From contig JAGIQG010000009.1 of assembly GCA_024679065.1 (NCBI GenBank), positions 30,566,001 through 30,630,000 of the forward strand: a stretch of 64,000 nucleotides of DNA, written 5' to 3'. Under the pieces are notes generated by a model, which ran no database searches, was not told where the DNA came from, and worked only from the letters and a program-made list of their open reading frames with translations. Below, piece by piece: positions 10,763 through 22,815 of this stretch (its first letter is position 1; every line of letters begins with the position of its first letter). The DNA is from Sphyrna mokarran (lineage: Eukaryota). Made by a program: the position numbers and the translations under genes.

Positions 10763-11795
10763 GGCTGGAATTCTCCCAAAAAATTCTGTTAAATTTGAGT
10801 GAAAACTGAAGTAAATCACATTGTTTTTCAGTGAGTGTTCGGAGAAGAATCTCCCACACGCTGTGCACTGCAGATCCCATTTGTCTGTATATCATTACAA
10901 TTCAGGGGAAGGGTCGACTTCCACTGGAGAGGCCAGCAGCACTGTGCTAAGCAGGCCATTGATCTGTCAGCACTGAGATCAATGCGTGCGCAGTGACCCT
11001 GCACTGATGGTCTCTTGATTATTGGCCAGCTTCATTGCTGGCCAGCCCGCAATCCCCACAACACCGGCACTCCAGACCCCCCACAGCCCAATCACTGGCC
11101 CCTCCCAACTATTCCCTAGCCCAATCTGAACTAAAGCCCCCTTGCCCCCGAGCAGACTGACCCCTCCCAGCCCACCCTGTTAACTGCTCTTCCTCCTTCC
11201 CCACCGATCCTGTCTGCAGAGTGGCAGTGGGACCCCTAAGGCCCTGCCCCCCCATAGATCCCACCACCCCCGGCACTGAACCATGCCTGATGGGCAGTGC
11301 CAAAGTGTCCCTTGTGTATTGGCATTTTGCCCCTTGGGCAGTGCCAGTGAGCACAAGCTGGCATTGCCAAAGTGCCAGTGCCCAGCAGGCACCACCCTTC
11401 CCACTACCGAACCCCCTATGGGGCCCCAGTTGTCTTGCTTTCGCTTCAGTGGGCTGGGGCCTTTAGTATCTCATCAGTGGGGAGCTACTGTAAGCCCTAC
11501 TGGAGTGAACAGCTCCCAGCTGGTTGGGGGAGGGGGGTGTTGGTGGTGGTGGCGGTGGCGGCAGAGATGTTAGCGGACCCAGAGATTTCAGTCCTGGGCC
11601 CATTAATTGTATTTAAAATATATTAAAATCTTTATTTCCATGCCTCCCTGCTGATATCCAGCACTGGAAATCTGGCACTGGGAGACACTATCGAGGTGGG
11701 AACACATGCATGAAATCTGTGCTTCGCCTGCCACAAGATTCTTCTGGCATGCTGCACTAATTTTTTAGCGCAACAGGATGGGAGAATAGCATCCA
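10763..11795. mobile_element. Long Harbinger-type non-autonomous element
   Basis: Ends ggctggaattctccc / gggagaatagcatcc. GC-rich interior with repeated ggcagtgcc/ggcactg motifs. Confidence 0.6.
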
Positions 11796-11799
11796 GTGT

Positions 11800-12420
11800 C
11801 TCTGCCATTTGTGTATTCTCCAATATTAACTCCCAATCTCATCATTTAAGGGACCGATGTTGTCTTTTGTATCTCATAGAATCTTTTGCAATCCATTTTT
11901 GTATTTTGCACTAGATTTCTTTCATAATTTACCTTTGCTCTTTAAAAGATTTCCAATTCTCCAGCCTGCCAGTGATCTATACAGTATAACACCATAAAAC
12001 ATAGGAACAGAATTAGGCCACTCAGCCCATCGAGTTTGCTCCGTCATTCAATCATGGCTGATATTTTTCTAATCCCCATTCTCCTGTCTTTTTCCCATAA
12101 CCCCTGACCCTTTTATTAATCAAGAATCTATCTATCTCTGTCTTAAAGACAGTCAATGGCTTGGTCTCCACAGGCAAAAACTTCCATAGATTCATCACTC
12201 TCTGGCTGAAGAAATTCCTCCTCATTTCTGTTTTAAAGGATTGCCTCTTTAGCCTCAGGTTGTGCCCTCTGGTTCTAATTTTTCCTACTAGTGGAAATGG
12301 TATGCCTTCGTCTTTATGTTATCTTTAACCATCTTGCTTTGACATGGATTCATTTTTCCCCCTCATGCAATCTTTCTTCCTCTCTGGAATATATTTTAGT
12401 TAGGAAAATTACATATTGCT
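11800..12420 (-). mobile_element. CR1 fragments (internal piece with nested 3' end at 11990-12300)
   Basis: 11990-12300 closely resembles 43308-43620 (CR1 3' end: TRGHNLRLK, RRNFFSQRV). Confidence 0.75.
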
Positions 12421-12880
12421 TTAAATGGCTGATTGTACATAGACAATGGATAATCTTTAAAGAATTATAACATTGTTAATGGCAATTATACATTCCTTCA
12501 AGGCAAAAAAAAACTCAAGAATAAAAGTCAACTACGGCTAACAAAGAAAATTGAGGATTGTATAAGATTAAAAGAAAAGGTGTCTGCAGTTGTCAGAAAC
12601 AGTAGTAAAACTGAGGGTTTAGAGCAGTTTAGAATGCAGCAAAGAAGGACCAAAAATGATAAAGGAAGGATGAATAATCTATGAATATAAACTAATAAAA
12701 AAAATGGACTATAAAAGCTTCTATAGGTATATAAAAAAGAAACCCTTGGTTATAGCAGATGTGTGTCCATTACAGGCAGAGTCAGGATAATTTATAATAG
12801 GGAATAAAGAAATGGCAGAAAAGCTAAATGATTACTTTGTCTGTCTTCAAAGATTAATATATGAGAAATCTCCCGGCATT

Positions 12881-13183
12881 GGGCAGCACAGTAGCACAGT
12901 GGTTAGCATTGCTTTTTCACAATCCAGGGACATGGGTTCAATTCCTGGCTTTGTTCACTGTCTATGTGAAGTTTGCACATTCTCCTCGTATCTGTGTGGG
13001 TTTCCTCTTACAATCCAAAAATGTACCGGTTAGGTTGATTTGCCATGCTAAAGTTGCCCCTTAGTGTCCTGAGATGTGTAGGTTAGAGGGATTAGTGGGT
13101 CGATATGGGGATAGGGTCTGTGTGGGATTGTCGTCAGTGCCAATCCTGAATGGCCTCTTTCTGCACTGTAGGGATTCTATGAA
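12881..13183 (+). mobile_element. HE1-like V-SINE
   Basis: gggcagcacagtagcacagtggttagc head, V-domain, gtagggattctatg tail. Confidence 0.88.
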
Positions 13184-13465
13184 TTAGATATCCAAGGGAA
13201 TAGGGAGATAGAGGAATTGAAGGAAATTAGTATTAATAAGAAGGTTGTATTGGAGGAATTAATGATATGGAAGATTGATAAATCTCTGAGACTTGATATT
13301 CTATTTGTTGGAGTGTTCGAAGAGGTAGCTACGAAGATACCTCTTGATGATTATCTTCCAAAATTCCACAGTTTCTGGAATGGTTCCTGCAAGGTAACAA
13401 AAGTCATCCCACTGTTTAAGAAGGAAAGGGAAGACGAAATGGGGAACCTCAGACTTGTTAGACTT

Positions 13466-13760
13466 ACATAGAACGTTACAGCACAGAACAGGCCCTTCGG
13501 CCTTCGATGTTGTGCCGACCAAAATAAAAAGCAATGCCCCTCCAAACTAAACCATTCCCTTCTCTTCCATATACTTATCAATTAACCTCTTAAACGCCAC
13601 CAAACTTGGTGCATCTACAACAGCTGCAGGCAGGGCATTCCACTCACTAATCACTCTTTGAGTAAAGAACCTACCTCTGATATCCGTCCTATAACTCATA
13701 CCCCTTAATTTAAAGCTGTGTCCCCTCGTGCTAGCTTTCTCCATCCTAGGAAAAAGGCTA
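13466..13760 (-). mobile_element. Young CR1/HER1 3' end
   Basis: ORF 13547..13744 (TRGHSFKLRG..RGRFFTQRV..WNALP); near-identical to 41230-41528. Confidence 0.92.
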
Positions 13761-14804
13761 TGTCAGAAGTAGGGAAGATGCTAGAACCTGTGAAAAGAAT
13801 GTGCTAAGTGGACATTTGGATAATAATGGTCTGATTGAACATAGCTAATGAGGATTCATGAATGGGAAATCATGCTTGACTAACCTGTTGGAGGTTTTTT
13901 GAGGATGTTACTAACAAAATTAATAAAGGGGAGTCAGTAGTCATTGTGTACGTTAGACTTTCAATAAAGTAAAGCATGTGTCTTGTTTTTATAATGCAGT
14001 ACAATTGACACCATATATTGTGAATTAGCTTTATTAATAACACATTTTAATAATGTGAATAGACAACTGTAAGCCATTTGCAGCCTTGTTACAACTTTCT
14101 CTAGCATGTGCTTTCTGACCTTCGACCCAATAGGTAAGGTGACCACATGTAATAGTGTACTGTATTGTACATATGGAGTTCACAGCCACAAGCAATTATT
14201 GTCATGACACCCAGGATCGAGGATAAAATACCGGTACGGATTAGAGGCTGATTAACAGGTAGAAAACAGGGTAGGAAGAAAGGAGTCATTTTCACATTGG
14301 CAGACTATAATGAGTGGAGTACTGCAAGGGTGAGGACTCGGAGCCCTGCACAATGTGTGTAAATGATTTGGATGTGGAGACCAAATGTAATATTTCTGAC
14401 TTATTGGATGATACAAAGTTGGGTGGGAATGTACGTTGTGAGGAAGATGCAAAGTGGATTCAGGGGGATTTGGACAAACTCGGTTGTTGTGCTGCTGGAG
14501 CACATCAGAGGTGCACTCCACCTCTATATTTAAACGTTTTAATATTCACCGCTGGAAGTTTATTTCTGTGACAGACTCTAAGGAACTTTCAAAGTCAGGA
14601 TTAAGGAGTTTGAAGCACAGGAATTACATTTCCCAGCTTATCTCAGGAATTTCTTGTACATGCTGCAGAGACCGGGCTGTGATTGCACAGTTACTGTTTC
14701 GTAATTCTTCAGACTGAGACGCGACTCTGCACACAGGCACAAAGCAAAAGGAAGTGAAACAATGTGGAGTTACAGGTCAGGTGACCTGAATATCTTTTTT
14801 TTGT

Positions 14805-15050
14805 CTCAAGATGGTGCCAGAGCGAGGCACCATTCTGTTTTTTACACTTGTTCTATGCTTCTAACTCTTTTAAACTCTCTAACAGTGATCTTGCATTGAG
14901 ATGATCCTTCTCTACACCCTAGCTATAACTGTAACACTACATTCTGCACTGTCTCATTTCCTTCTCTATGAACAGTATGCTTTGTTTGTACCGCATGCAA
15001 GAAACAATACTTTAATACATGTGACAATAATAAATCAAATCAAGTCAAAC
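14805..15050 (+). mobile_element. Rex1/Babar-derived short element (3' UTR)
   Basis: caagatggtgcc start; ctctacaccctagcta..actgtaacactacattctgcac; (AAATC)n tail. Matches the 3' ends at 39035-39170(-) and 53836-54030(-). Confidence 0.7.
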
Positions 15051-15195
15051 AGAAGTACCCTTAGAGAGATGTCCCACAGAACAGAATACAGGAAAAGAAA
15101 AAGGAGAGATCCCACGTAAGGGATAAAGTAGAGATCAAAGTTTGAATCCATTGAGTCAAAATAAATGACAGCAATAAAGAAAGTGGCTCCAAGTG

Positions 15196-15492
15196 TCGTG
15201 GTAGCATAGCGGTTAGCCTCAAAGCACCAGTTTGACCCCGTTTTAATTCCCGGTTTGGTCACTATCTGTGTGGAGTTTGCACATTCTCCCTGTGTCTGTG
15301 TGGGTTTCCTCCGGGTGCTCCAGTTTCCTCCCACAGTACAAAAATGTGCAGGTTAGGTTGATTGGCCATGCTTAGTGTCAGGGGGGTTAGTAAGGTAGAT
15401 ATGTGGGAATACAGAGATAGGGCCTGGGTGGGATTATGTTCATTGCATAACTGATGGGCCAAATGGCCTCCTCCTGTACTGTAGGGATTCTA
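15196..15492 (+). mobile_element. HE1-like V-SINE
   Basis: V-domain ctgtgtggagtttgcacattctccctgtgtctgtgtgggtttcctccgggtgctcc, tail gtagggattcta. Confidence 0.9.
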
Positions 15493-16207
15493 AGTTAAAG
15501 GAAGAGCTGCATGAAGCAGACTTGAAGCAAAGGGGGCTTGAAAGAAGCAGTGGGAATCTGGTGGCAACATATTGATCACCTTCGGAAGCAGCGGTGTCTG
15601 CTCGATAAGGACAAGGATCTGACAGTGTGGTTGGAAGGCAAAGTTTGAGTGTACATGGAGGTCCACAGAAAAGGAATTGCAGAAGGTGAGATCGAAACCC
15701 TGGAGGTGAACAACAGTGCAAAGCCTACTTTCTGTTTCCTTTGCAGCTGCATTGTACATTAGTCATTGCTGATTTATTATTTACGTAATTTGTCCCTTTT
15801 TTTGCCCCGATGCCCAGCTCTCAAACTTGTGAAGCAGCAGGTTAACAACTTATAAAATAAAATGGTCTAAAATCCACCAGCCAATTCAGTATTCACCACC
15901 AGTGTGAAGGGAGAAAGGCCTCAGTCATAACTCAGACATAACAAAGCCCTTAGCAAGTCAAGAGAGAAATATACAGCCGAGAGAGAAAAGCTGCGGAGGT
16001 TGGTTTCAATTTATTCATTGGAGAGACTGAAACTTCTCGAGTGTCTTCCTGAACAAGCAACTGCTTCTGAAATTTATTTCACTTAGTTTGACCTAAATTC
16101 ATTATGGCAGCCTTAATCGCAATAATCAGTGGGTAAATTATATTTTCCTGCATTTTGTTGGGAATCTTAAAAAGACTAAGAACTCCATGATTTGATTTCA
16201 AGACTTA

Positions 16208-16331
16208 CGGTGGGATTTTACAACTTCACTCAGGCAAGATCATATAATCCCGTCTGGGGCCAACAGAGATTTTCGTTCTGTGAGTCTCACCCGTCCCAAT
16301 TCTGGTGCAGGCGAAGGGTAGAATTCCGGCC
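16208..16331. mobile_element. Harbinger-type MITE
   Basis: Ends cggtgggattttac / gtagaattccggcc. Confidence 0.6.
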
Positions 16332-16434
16332 TTAGTCTGTCATATAAAGTCAGGAGGCAATTTAACTACTTGGGAACAGTGTAAAAACTACTGTTTTGAT
16401 GTGTATCATCATTAACCAGTATCTTGCTGACAAT

Positions 16435-17034
16435 AGCTTTTATTGGTAGAGGGATTGAATTTAGGAGCCGTGAGGTTATGTTACAACTGTACAAAACTCT
16501 GGTGCGGCCGCACTTGGAGTATTGCGTACAGTTCTGGTCTCCGCATTATAAGAAAGATGTGGAAGCATTGGAAAGGTTGCAGAGGAGGTTTACCAGGATG
16601 TTGCCTGGTATGGTGGGAAGGCCTTATGAGGAAAGGCTGAGGGACCTGAGGTTATTTTCATTAGAGAGAAGAAAGTTACGCGGTGACCTAATTGAGGCGT
16701 ATAAGATGATCAAGGGATTGGATAGGGTGGAGAGTGAGAGCCTTTTTCCTCGGATGGTGATGACCAACACGAGGGGACATAACTTTAAATTAAGAGGTGG
16801 TAGTTATAGGACGGATGTCAGAGGCAGGTTCTTTACACAGAGGGTGGTGACAGCGTGGAATGCCCTGCCTGCAGCAGTTGTGGACTCGCCTACTTTGGGG
16901 GCATTCAAATGTTCGGTGGATAGGCATATGGATGATATTGGAATAGTTTAGGTTAGAGGGTCCACTGGCTGGCGTAACATCGAGGGCCGAAGGGCCTGTA
17001 CTGCGCTGTAATGTTCTATGTTCTATGTTCTATG
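16435..17034 (+). mobile_element. Young CR1/HER1 3' end
   Basis: Uninterrupted ORF 16424..16951 (LYKTLVRPHLEYCVQFWSPHY...FFTQRVV.AWNALP); tail (GTTCTAT)n. Confidence 0.95.
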
Positions 17035-17331
17035 TAATAGTAAATTCATGTTTCACTTGCTTGACCACAGGAAGTAACACCCAGCCTTGGCTATGGTTAT
17101 TTAAATAGTGAAATATTTCCCAGTTGAATGAGAGTATTTCTGTGGTCTTCGCACATTGGAGCAGCGGTAAATCATTTACCCCAAACCGTATCCTGCTTCA
17201 TGTTTGGTCTGCATTTTGATTTCACCTCTACTTCATAGCAGTTAATACCCTCACTGAGTGAAAATCGATCTTGCTCTGCATCCTCCTGCGCAGCCCAACT
17301 CATACTGCAGTGACAAGCTCCACAACATTTA

Positions 17332-18935
17332 TGTTACCCTGTCAGATACTTGCCCAGTTATCTAAATGAGATCTGACCAAGTATAAGCTCAGGATATTAA
17401 TGCTTGTGTATTGTTAATAGCTGTACCCATGCACGATGGGGAGGGAAGAGAGGGGGCTAGAATCAAACTTTCAAAACTACCTGATAACGATACAACAACC
17501 TCTATGGTCTTTAAGCAGTGATCCTTCACGAACAAGGTAACTGGACCAGAATTTAAAGGTGAGAACTTTGGCTAACCGGGAGAGAGGACATACATCCCTG
17601 GGGCTGGAAGTTGGCAGGGTGAGCTGGGGAGTCGTTAGGAGCAGACTTGTGGTGTCGCATTGCAAATCCTTTAATTGTAAATAGTTCCTCCTTGCTGAAT
17701 AAAACTTATTGTTTTATATTTGCCATACTGAGTTGTCTGAGTTACCACACTGGTAACAAGGGCAAACCAGATTATTTGTTGAAAGCCCCCACTGCAGAGT
17801 TAGAGAGGGGAAAGAGAAGGATCACTCAAAGTTTGAAGAAAAAAGGGTACCTTCTCCATTGCTGTTATTTGGGAAAATAGTTTCATTTGATCCTGTAGTT
17901 GAGAGTTCAGGGCAGTACATTGAGAGAGTATAATGTTTCTGTAACAAAATAAATAACTGAGGTGAAACATAAAATGATACTGATCACAATCTGCAGCCCA
18001 CAGATTTATAATCTGGTGAGGAATTTGACATCACCCAAAGCACCAGACACAAAAACCTTCAACCAGTTGGTCAATTTAATTAAGGATCACTATAACCCTT
18101 GACCATCCATTATCATGCAGAGGTACAAATTCCACTCTGCTGTTTGGGGTTTAGGAAAGATGGTCTCTGGATTCACAACCAGGCTTTGAATGGCTGGCTG
18201 GTGCACTGCAAGTTCAGGCCTTCATTAGGAATCATGTTCAGTTTGTGGCATCAGCAATCTCAACATCCAAAAGAAACTGCCGAAACTAACAGTTCACCGG
18301 AAAAAGTACGAGAGCATGTGCAAGCTGCAAGGTCTACAGAGTGAGGGCATGTGCCAGTTGCAAAGTGTGCAGAGTGACGGCAAGTGCAAGCTGCAAGGTG
18401 TGCAGAGTGAGGATGTGTGCAAGCTGCAAGGTGTGCAGAGTGAGGACGTGTGCAAGCTGCAAAGTGTGCAGGGTGAGGGTGTGTGCAAGCTGCAAAGTGT
18501 GCAGAGTGAGGGCGTGTGCAAGCTGCAAGGTGTGCAGAGTGAGGGCGTGTGCAAGCTGCAAGGTGTGCAGAGTGAGGGCGTGTGCAAGCTGCAAGGTGTG
18601 CAGAGTGAGGGTGTGTGCAAGCTGCAAAGTGTGCAGAGTGAGGGTGTGTGCAAGCTGCAAAGTGTGCAGAGTGAGGGCGTGTGCAGGCTGCAAGGTGTGC
18701 AGAGTGAAGGCGTGTGCAAGCTGCAAGGTGTGCAGAGTGAGGGTGTGTGCAAGCTGCAAGGTGTGCAGGATGAGCTGAACGAGTCAGACTGGGAAATGAC
18801 TGCTCTTGGAGGCAGCACTGAATGAAGGTGCAGTGGAGCCCAAGAACAGAGAATAATCATTCAACACCAGGGTCCGAAGCATGTTTTCTGATGTGGGGCA
18901 GATCACAACCCTTGTGAATAAGCTGCGGTGGAACC
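17332..18935 (+). mobile_element. Ty3/Gypsy Mag-clade LTR retrotransposon 5' part (LTR, PBS, decayed gag)
   Basis: LTR TGTTA(17332)...AATAAA(17698)...CCACA(17749). PBS-like TGGTAACAAG at 17751 (consistent with CpG-decayed TGGCGACGAG). gag: FGKIVSFDP...QYIERV...IYNLVRNLTSPKAPDTKTFNQLVNLIKDHYNP..SIIMQRYKFH, with a knuckle remnant CF*CGADH near 18885. Confidence 0.8.
18316..18770 (+). repeat. 33-bp minisatellite, about 14 units
   Basis: Unit GTGTGCAAGCTGCAA(G/A)GTGTGCAGAGTGAGGG(C/T); it accounts for the four overlapping repetitive ORFs. Confidence 0.97.
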
Positions 18936-18982
18936 AAAGAAGGAATCCAAGGCTTACACACTCAAGGTCCAGCTCAGTAAGA

Positions 18983-19260
18983 CGTGGTAGAATAATGGTT
19001 AGCACTGCTACCTCGGAGTGCCAGGGGTCCAGGTTCGATTCCTGGCTTGGGTCATTGTTTGTGCAAAGTCCATATGTTGTCTGTGTGGGTATCCTCTGGG
19101 AAGCTTCTGTTTTCTCCCATAGTCTAAAAGACATGCAGGTTAGCATTGGCCATGCTAAATTGTCCAGGTGCCGGAGTGTGGTGACTCGAGGATTTTCACA
19201 GTACCTTCATTGCAATGTTAATGTAAACCTATTTGTGACACTCATAAATAAAACTAAAAC
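18983..19260 (+). mobile_element. V-SINE variant with alternative tail
   Basis: HE1-like head and V-domain followed by cttcattgca.tgttaatgtaa.ccta.ttgtgac..aataaa; same type at 23810-24092(-). Confidence 0.75.
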
Positions 19261-19261
19261 C

Positions 19262-20010
19262 TGGATTACAGTATGGAGTTCTGGCTCCTTAACAATTAGA
19301 AAGGACATTATTGCTACAGTCAGACTGCAACTAAGGTCCACCAGACTTGGTCTGGGATGGTGAGTCTTTTCAATCAAGGGAAATTGTTCAAAATGGGCCT
19401 GTATTCTAAAGAGTTTTGAAGAATGAAAGGTGATTTAATTGAAACCTACAAAATACTTAAAAGGGGTAGACAGGGGAGATGCAGGTGAGACATTTCCCTT
19501 GGCTGGGGAGTCTGGATCCAGCAGACACAATTTCAGTATCAGGGGAAAGCCACTAAGGACTGAGATGAGGGGATTTTTTTTTACTCAAGGTTGCGAATCT
19601 TTGGAATTCTCTGCCCCAGAAGAATCTCAGTCATTTTCCATCTCCTGTCCTGTGGTGGGTTTTTCCAGTCCCGCTGCCGTCAACAGGGCTTTCCATTACT
19701 TGCACCATCCACCATTTAGAACTGGAAGATCCCACTGGTGAGAACAACAGGAAGATCCCACCCATTAAATATGTTTGAAGCAAAGATTGATATTTAGAAA
19801 ACTGTCAAAGATATGAAAAGGAGATGGGGATAATGTGTGTGTAGGTGGCGGGGGGGGGGGGGGGGGGGGGGGTGGGGGGGGTGGAGGAAGGGATGCAGCT
19901 GGGGGGAGGGGGGGCGGCAGGACGTGAACTGAAGTGGATGACCAGCCATCATTGTATTGAATGGCAGAGCTGATCTGATGGGCTGAATGGCTTACTCCTG
20001 TTCTTACATT
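19262..20010 (+). mobile_element. CR1 3' fragment, degenerate, with MITE (about 19630-19765) and poly-G tract
   Basis: GDLIETYKILKGVDR...HNFSIRGKPLRTEMR..FFTQ; 3' UTR gggctgaatggcttactcctgttctta. Confidence 0.8.
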
Positions 20011-20142
20011 TCGAACTGTGAGACGCAAAGATGTCTGAATGGAGGGGCATTTAAAACTGCAGTGTAAAATGGCAAACTTAGTCCAAATTAAAAATGGAAT
20101 GGTAAGTGCTCTATTCAACCTTTGGACTGAAAACATAAGTGT

Positions 20143-20483
20143 TTAGAATCAGTATGGTGCAAAAGGAGGCCATTTGGCCCATCGAGTCTGTACTGACCAC
20201 AGTCCCACCCAGCACCTATCCCCATAATCCCAAGTATTTAACCTAGCTACTTCCCCTACAGTGAGTGGCAATTTCATATGGCCAATCCACCTAAGTCAAA
20301 CATCTTTGGACGGTGGAAGGAAATTGGAGCACCCAGAGCGTACCTACGCAGACACAAGGAGAATATGCAAACTCTGCACAGAGAATGAACCAAGCCGGAA
20401 TTGAACCCGGGTCCCTGGCACTGTGAGGCAGCAGTGCTAACCACTATGCAGCCTTAAGGAGATTAGGGCAGCAGGGTGGCACA
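20143..20483 (-). mobile_element. HE1-like V-SINE
   Basis: Minus strand gtggttagcactgctgcctcacagtgccagggacccgggttcaattcc. Confidence 0.9.
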
Positions 20484-21589
20484 GAAGATTAGGAGATGAA
20501 ATGAATGGCACTTTTGTCAGTAAAGGGTTTTCCTTCAAAACAAGAAATATTGTTACTTTTCTATTCATTAATTAATTGACTATTCAGATTAATTTCTTAA
20601 GCGTACAGGTCTCTCCCATAAAATTTTAGAAAAACACAATACTGAAAAAGAGAGTCCAGTAACCAGCCACAAATATCTCACGACCTCCTCACTGCAATGA
20701 CAGAACTCTGCTCTGATAAAGAACCCCTTTCTGGAGTGTCAATCCACCTGTCAACCATTACCAACAGAGCCTATAACAGTGCTTACTGCCTCCACATTGC
20801 TCCGCAGAGTGCAGTAATTTAATGCTAAATTATTATGCAGAAGCTTTTGGCCATGTCTTTCTACCTTAACAGCAGTGACTACTTCTCAAAATTAATCAGC
20901 TGATTGGGCCATCCTGAGGTTATGAAAAATACTGCAAGCTTGTTCTTTCTTTATATTCTTATTACATTTGAATGAATGTGCTTTATAACTGCAAATAAAG
21001 GAATTGGAGATGTCTGCATTGTGTTTGTACAATATTACCATGAATAATTATTTCAAACCTTTTCGAGTTTTGTGTCTACTTTTGTTTTGACAAGGCTTAT
21101 CTTATGCAGTCTTAGCTTTAAGTGCTTTCTCAAGGCTTTTGCAATGCCCTTGCACTTAGCAACTACTCCTTTAAGTGGAAATGTGCATGAAAAGCATTGA
21201 GTGTCAGTGAGTAAGAGGGAAAGAATGCTGTTTCCCTGTGCAGGCTAGAGAAATGATCATCATTGTTGAGAATACTGGGGACTCAATTTATCAGTGATTC
21301 TGCTGACAAATGAACAATGACTTGGAAACGTTGGAGAATTTTATGTGCAATGTGCACGCATGGCAGGTGGGACGGGAAGCAGCCATAGTTCCCAGTTCCA
21401 CCAGGTATCCTGGAAAGACCATGATATTGTGTTGGCTGACCAGTAAGAACCGGCCAGTATGAAATACCTGGATAAGGTTAATAGGGATACAGTGTAATGT
21501 GGTGAATTGGATGCAAAGCTTTTAAATCCAAAGTTGGCTTTGCAACAGGAAACAAAGGGTAATGGTCAATGGGCAGAACAACGGAAGCC

Positions 21590-22035
21590 CTGGGTACATC
21601 TTATATTGCTGCCTAAGGAACCTTTGTGAGTTCCTGCAGTGCATCTTGAAGATGGTACACATGGCTGCAAGTGTTCTTCAGGGGTGGAGGGATCAAATGT
21701 TTGAAAAGTGTTAGCAATTAAGTAGGCTGATTTGTCCTGGATGGTATCAAATTCCTTTAGTGTTGTTAGAGCTGCATGCATTCAGGAGGGTATTCCATCA
21801 TACTCTGGATGTTTGCGTGTCAATTGTGGTCGGGTTTTGGGGAGTCAGGAGGTGAGTTACTCATCACAGGATTTCTAGCATCTGACCTGCTCTGGTAGCC
21901 ACAATATTTATATGGTTGGTCCATTTCAATTTCTGGTCAATGGTAACCTCCAGGTTGTTGATAGTAAGGATTCAATAATGGTAATGCCATTGAATGTCAA
22001 GGAATAATGGTAAGATTCTCTTTTGTTGGAGAAGA
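21590..22035 (-). mobile_element. CR1-group LINE fragment (WQVTFAPHK lineage)
   Basis: LTFNGITIIES and TTLKEFDTIQDKSAYLI remnants; homologous to 34850-35035 and 37760-37920. Confidence 0.75.
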
Positions 22036-22111
22036 TTATTGATCTTAGCTGAAGGAATGCTGAATCAAAGCCTTCCTGATGTCCTGCCTCCCTGTGCCTG
22101 TCTGGACTCAC

Positions 22112-22184
22112 CCTCTGTTTCATCATTGGATTCCTTCTCTGAAATAAACACCTGCCTCAATGTCCTCTTGGTCCAGTGGTTTCC
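22112..22184 (-). other. Candidate internal exon (73 nt)
   Basis: Acceptor tcttgctttttcaaag, donor GG|gtgagt; open in phase 0 as GNHWTKRTLRQVFISEKESNDETE. Confidence 0.25.
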
Positions 22185-22624
22185 CTTTGAAAAAGCAAGA
22201 TAATGCAGAACACAACACAATGAGAAGCTAATGGGATTGACCCATATGCTGTAGATACCAAAGGGTTGGAAATCTCGGATGTTGTAAGATTGAAACGTCT
22301 TGAGAAGTCTCAACACTTCACAAATCTCAAAAGAAAGCAGTGAAAACATCCACCAAGTTCTAGTATAAGCGCGTACCAAACTCTTAATATGGCCTATCAA
22401 CTCAGCCTACTTCATTTTGTCCTACTCTTGGATGACATATTGGCAAAAATGGATTGGCTGCCTGCTCATGTTGCCTATCGACCAACCATAAAAACATATT
22501 GGTAACAAATTCAGGTTAACTGTATTTAAATCAATTAAATTGCCTTCCTCATTGTCAGATGGTACTTGTGCAAGTGCACAATGATGTTCTGGGTGCTGTT
22601 TTCTTGTGTCACCTCACACACTTC

Positions 22625-22815
22625 TCCTCTGTGCCTGTTGAGCACCACAGGGGCTGGGGTGCATTATCGGCCCCTTCAATCACATTTTGATTTAATGTTT
22701 TGAGTTTTCTTTTTATCTTGTTCTTTCTTTCAGGCAGTTCCCCTTCATTTGGGAGCTATCCTTTTTAATTTGTCCTTTCGTTAATTTGATTTAGTATATT
22801 TGGATGGTCAAAAAG
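22625..22815 (+). mobile_element. Tx1-clade LINE 3' end, same family as the 46.5-47.0 kb units
   Basis: APQGLGCIIGPFNHILI* followed by a UTR ending ttaatttg...tttggatggtcaaaaaga. Confidence 0.7.

Larger units (their letters stand above)
12425..14478 (+). mobile_element. CR1 LINE ORF2 internal fragment, degenerate, with nested insertions
   Basis: MAEKLNDYFV, V.PLFKK...NLRLVRLT, NGKSCLTNLLE and VNDLDVETKCNIS...DDTKLGG..QGDLDKL remnants. Confidence 0.85.

Noticed and set aside
18294-18860. Four long overlapping repetitive ORFs (Cys-rich, His/Leu-rich) as real proteins, or the array as CRISPR
   Set aside because: They are a by-product of a 33-bp tandem repeat with no unique spacers, in a vertebrate-type context.
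19765-20136. Poly-proline ORF on the minus strand
   Set aside because: Antisense reading of the poly-G tract in a CR1 UTR.
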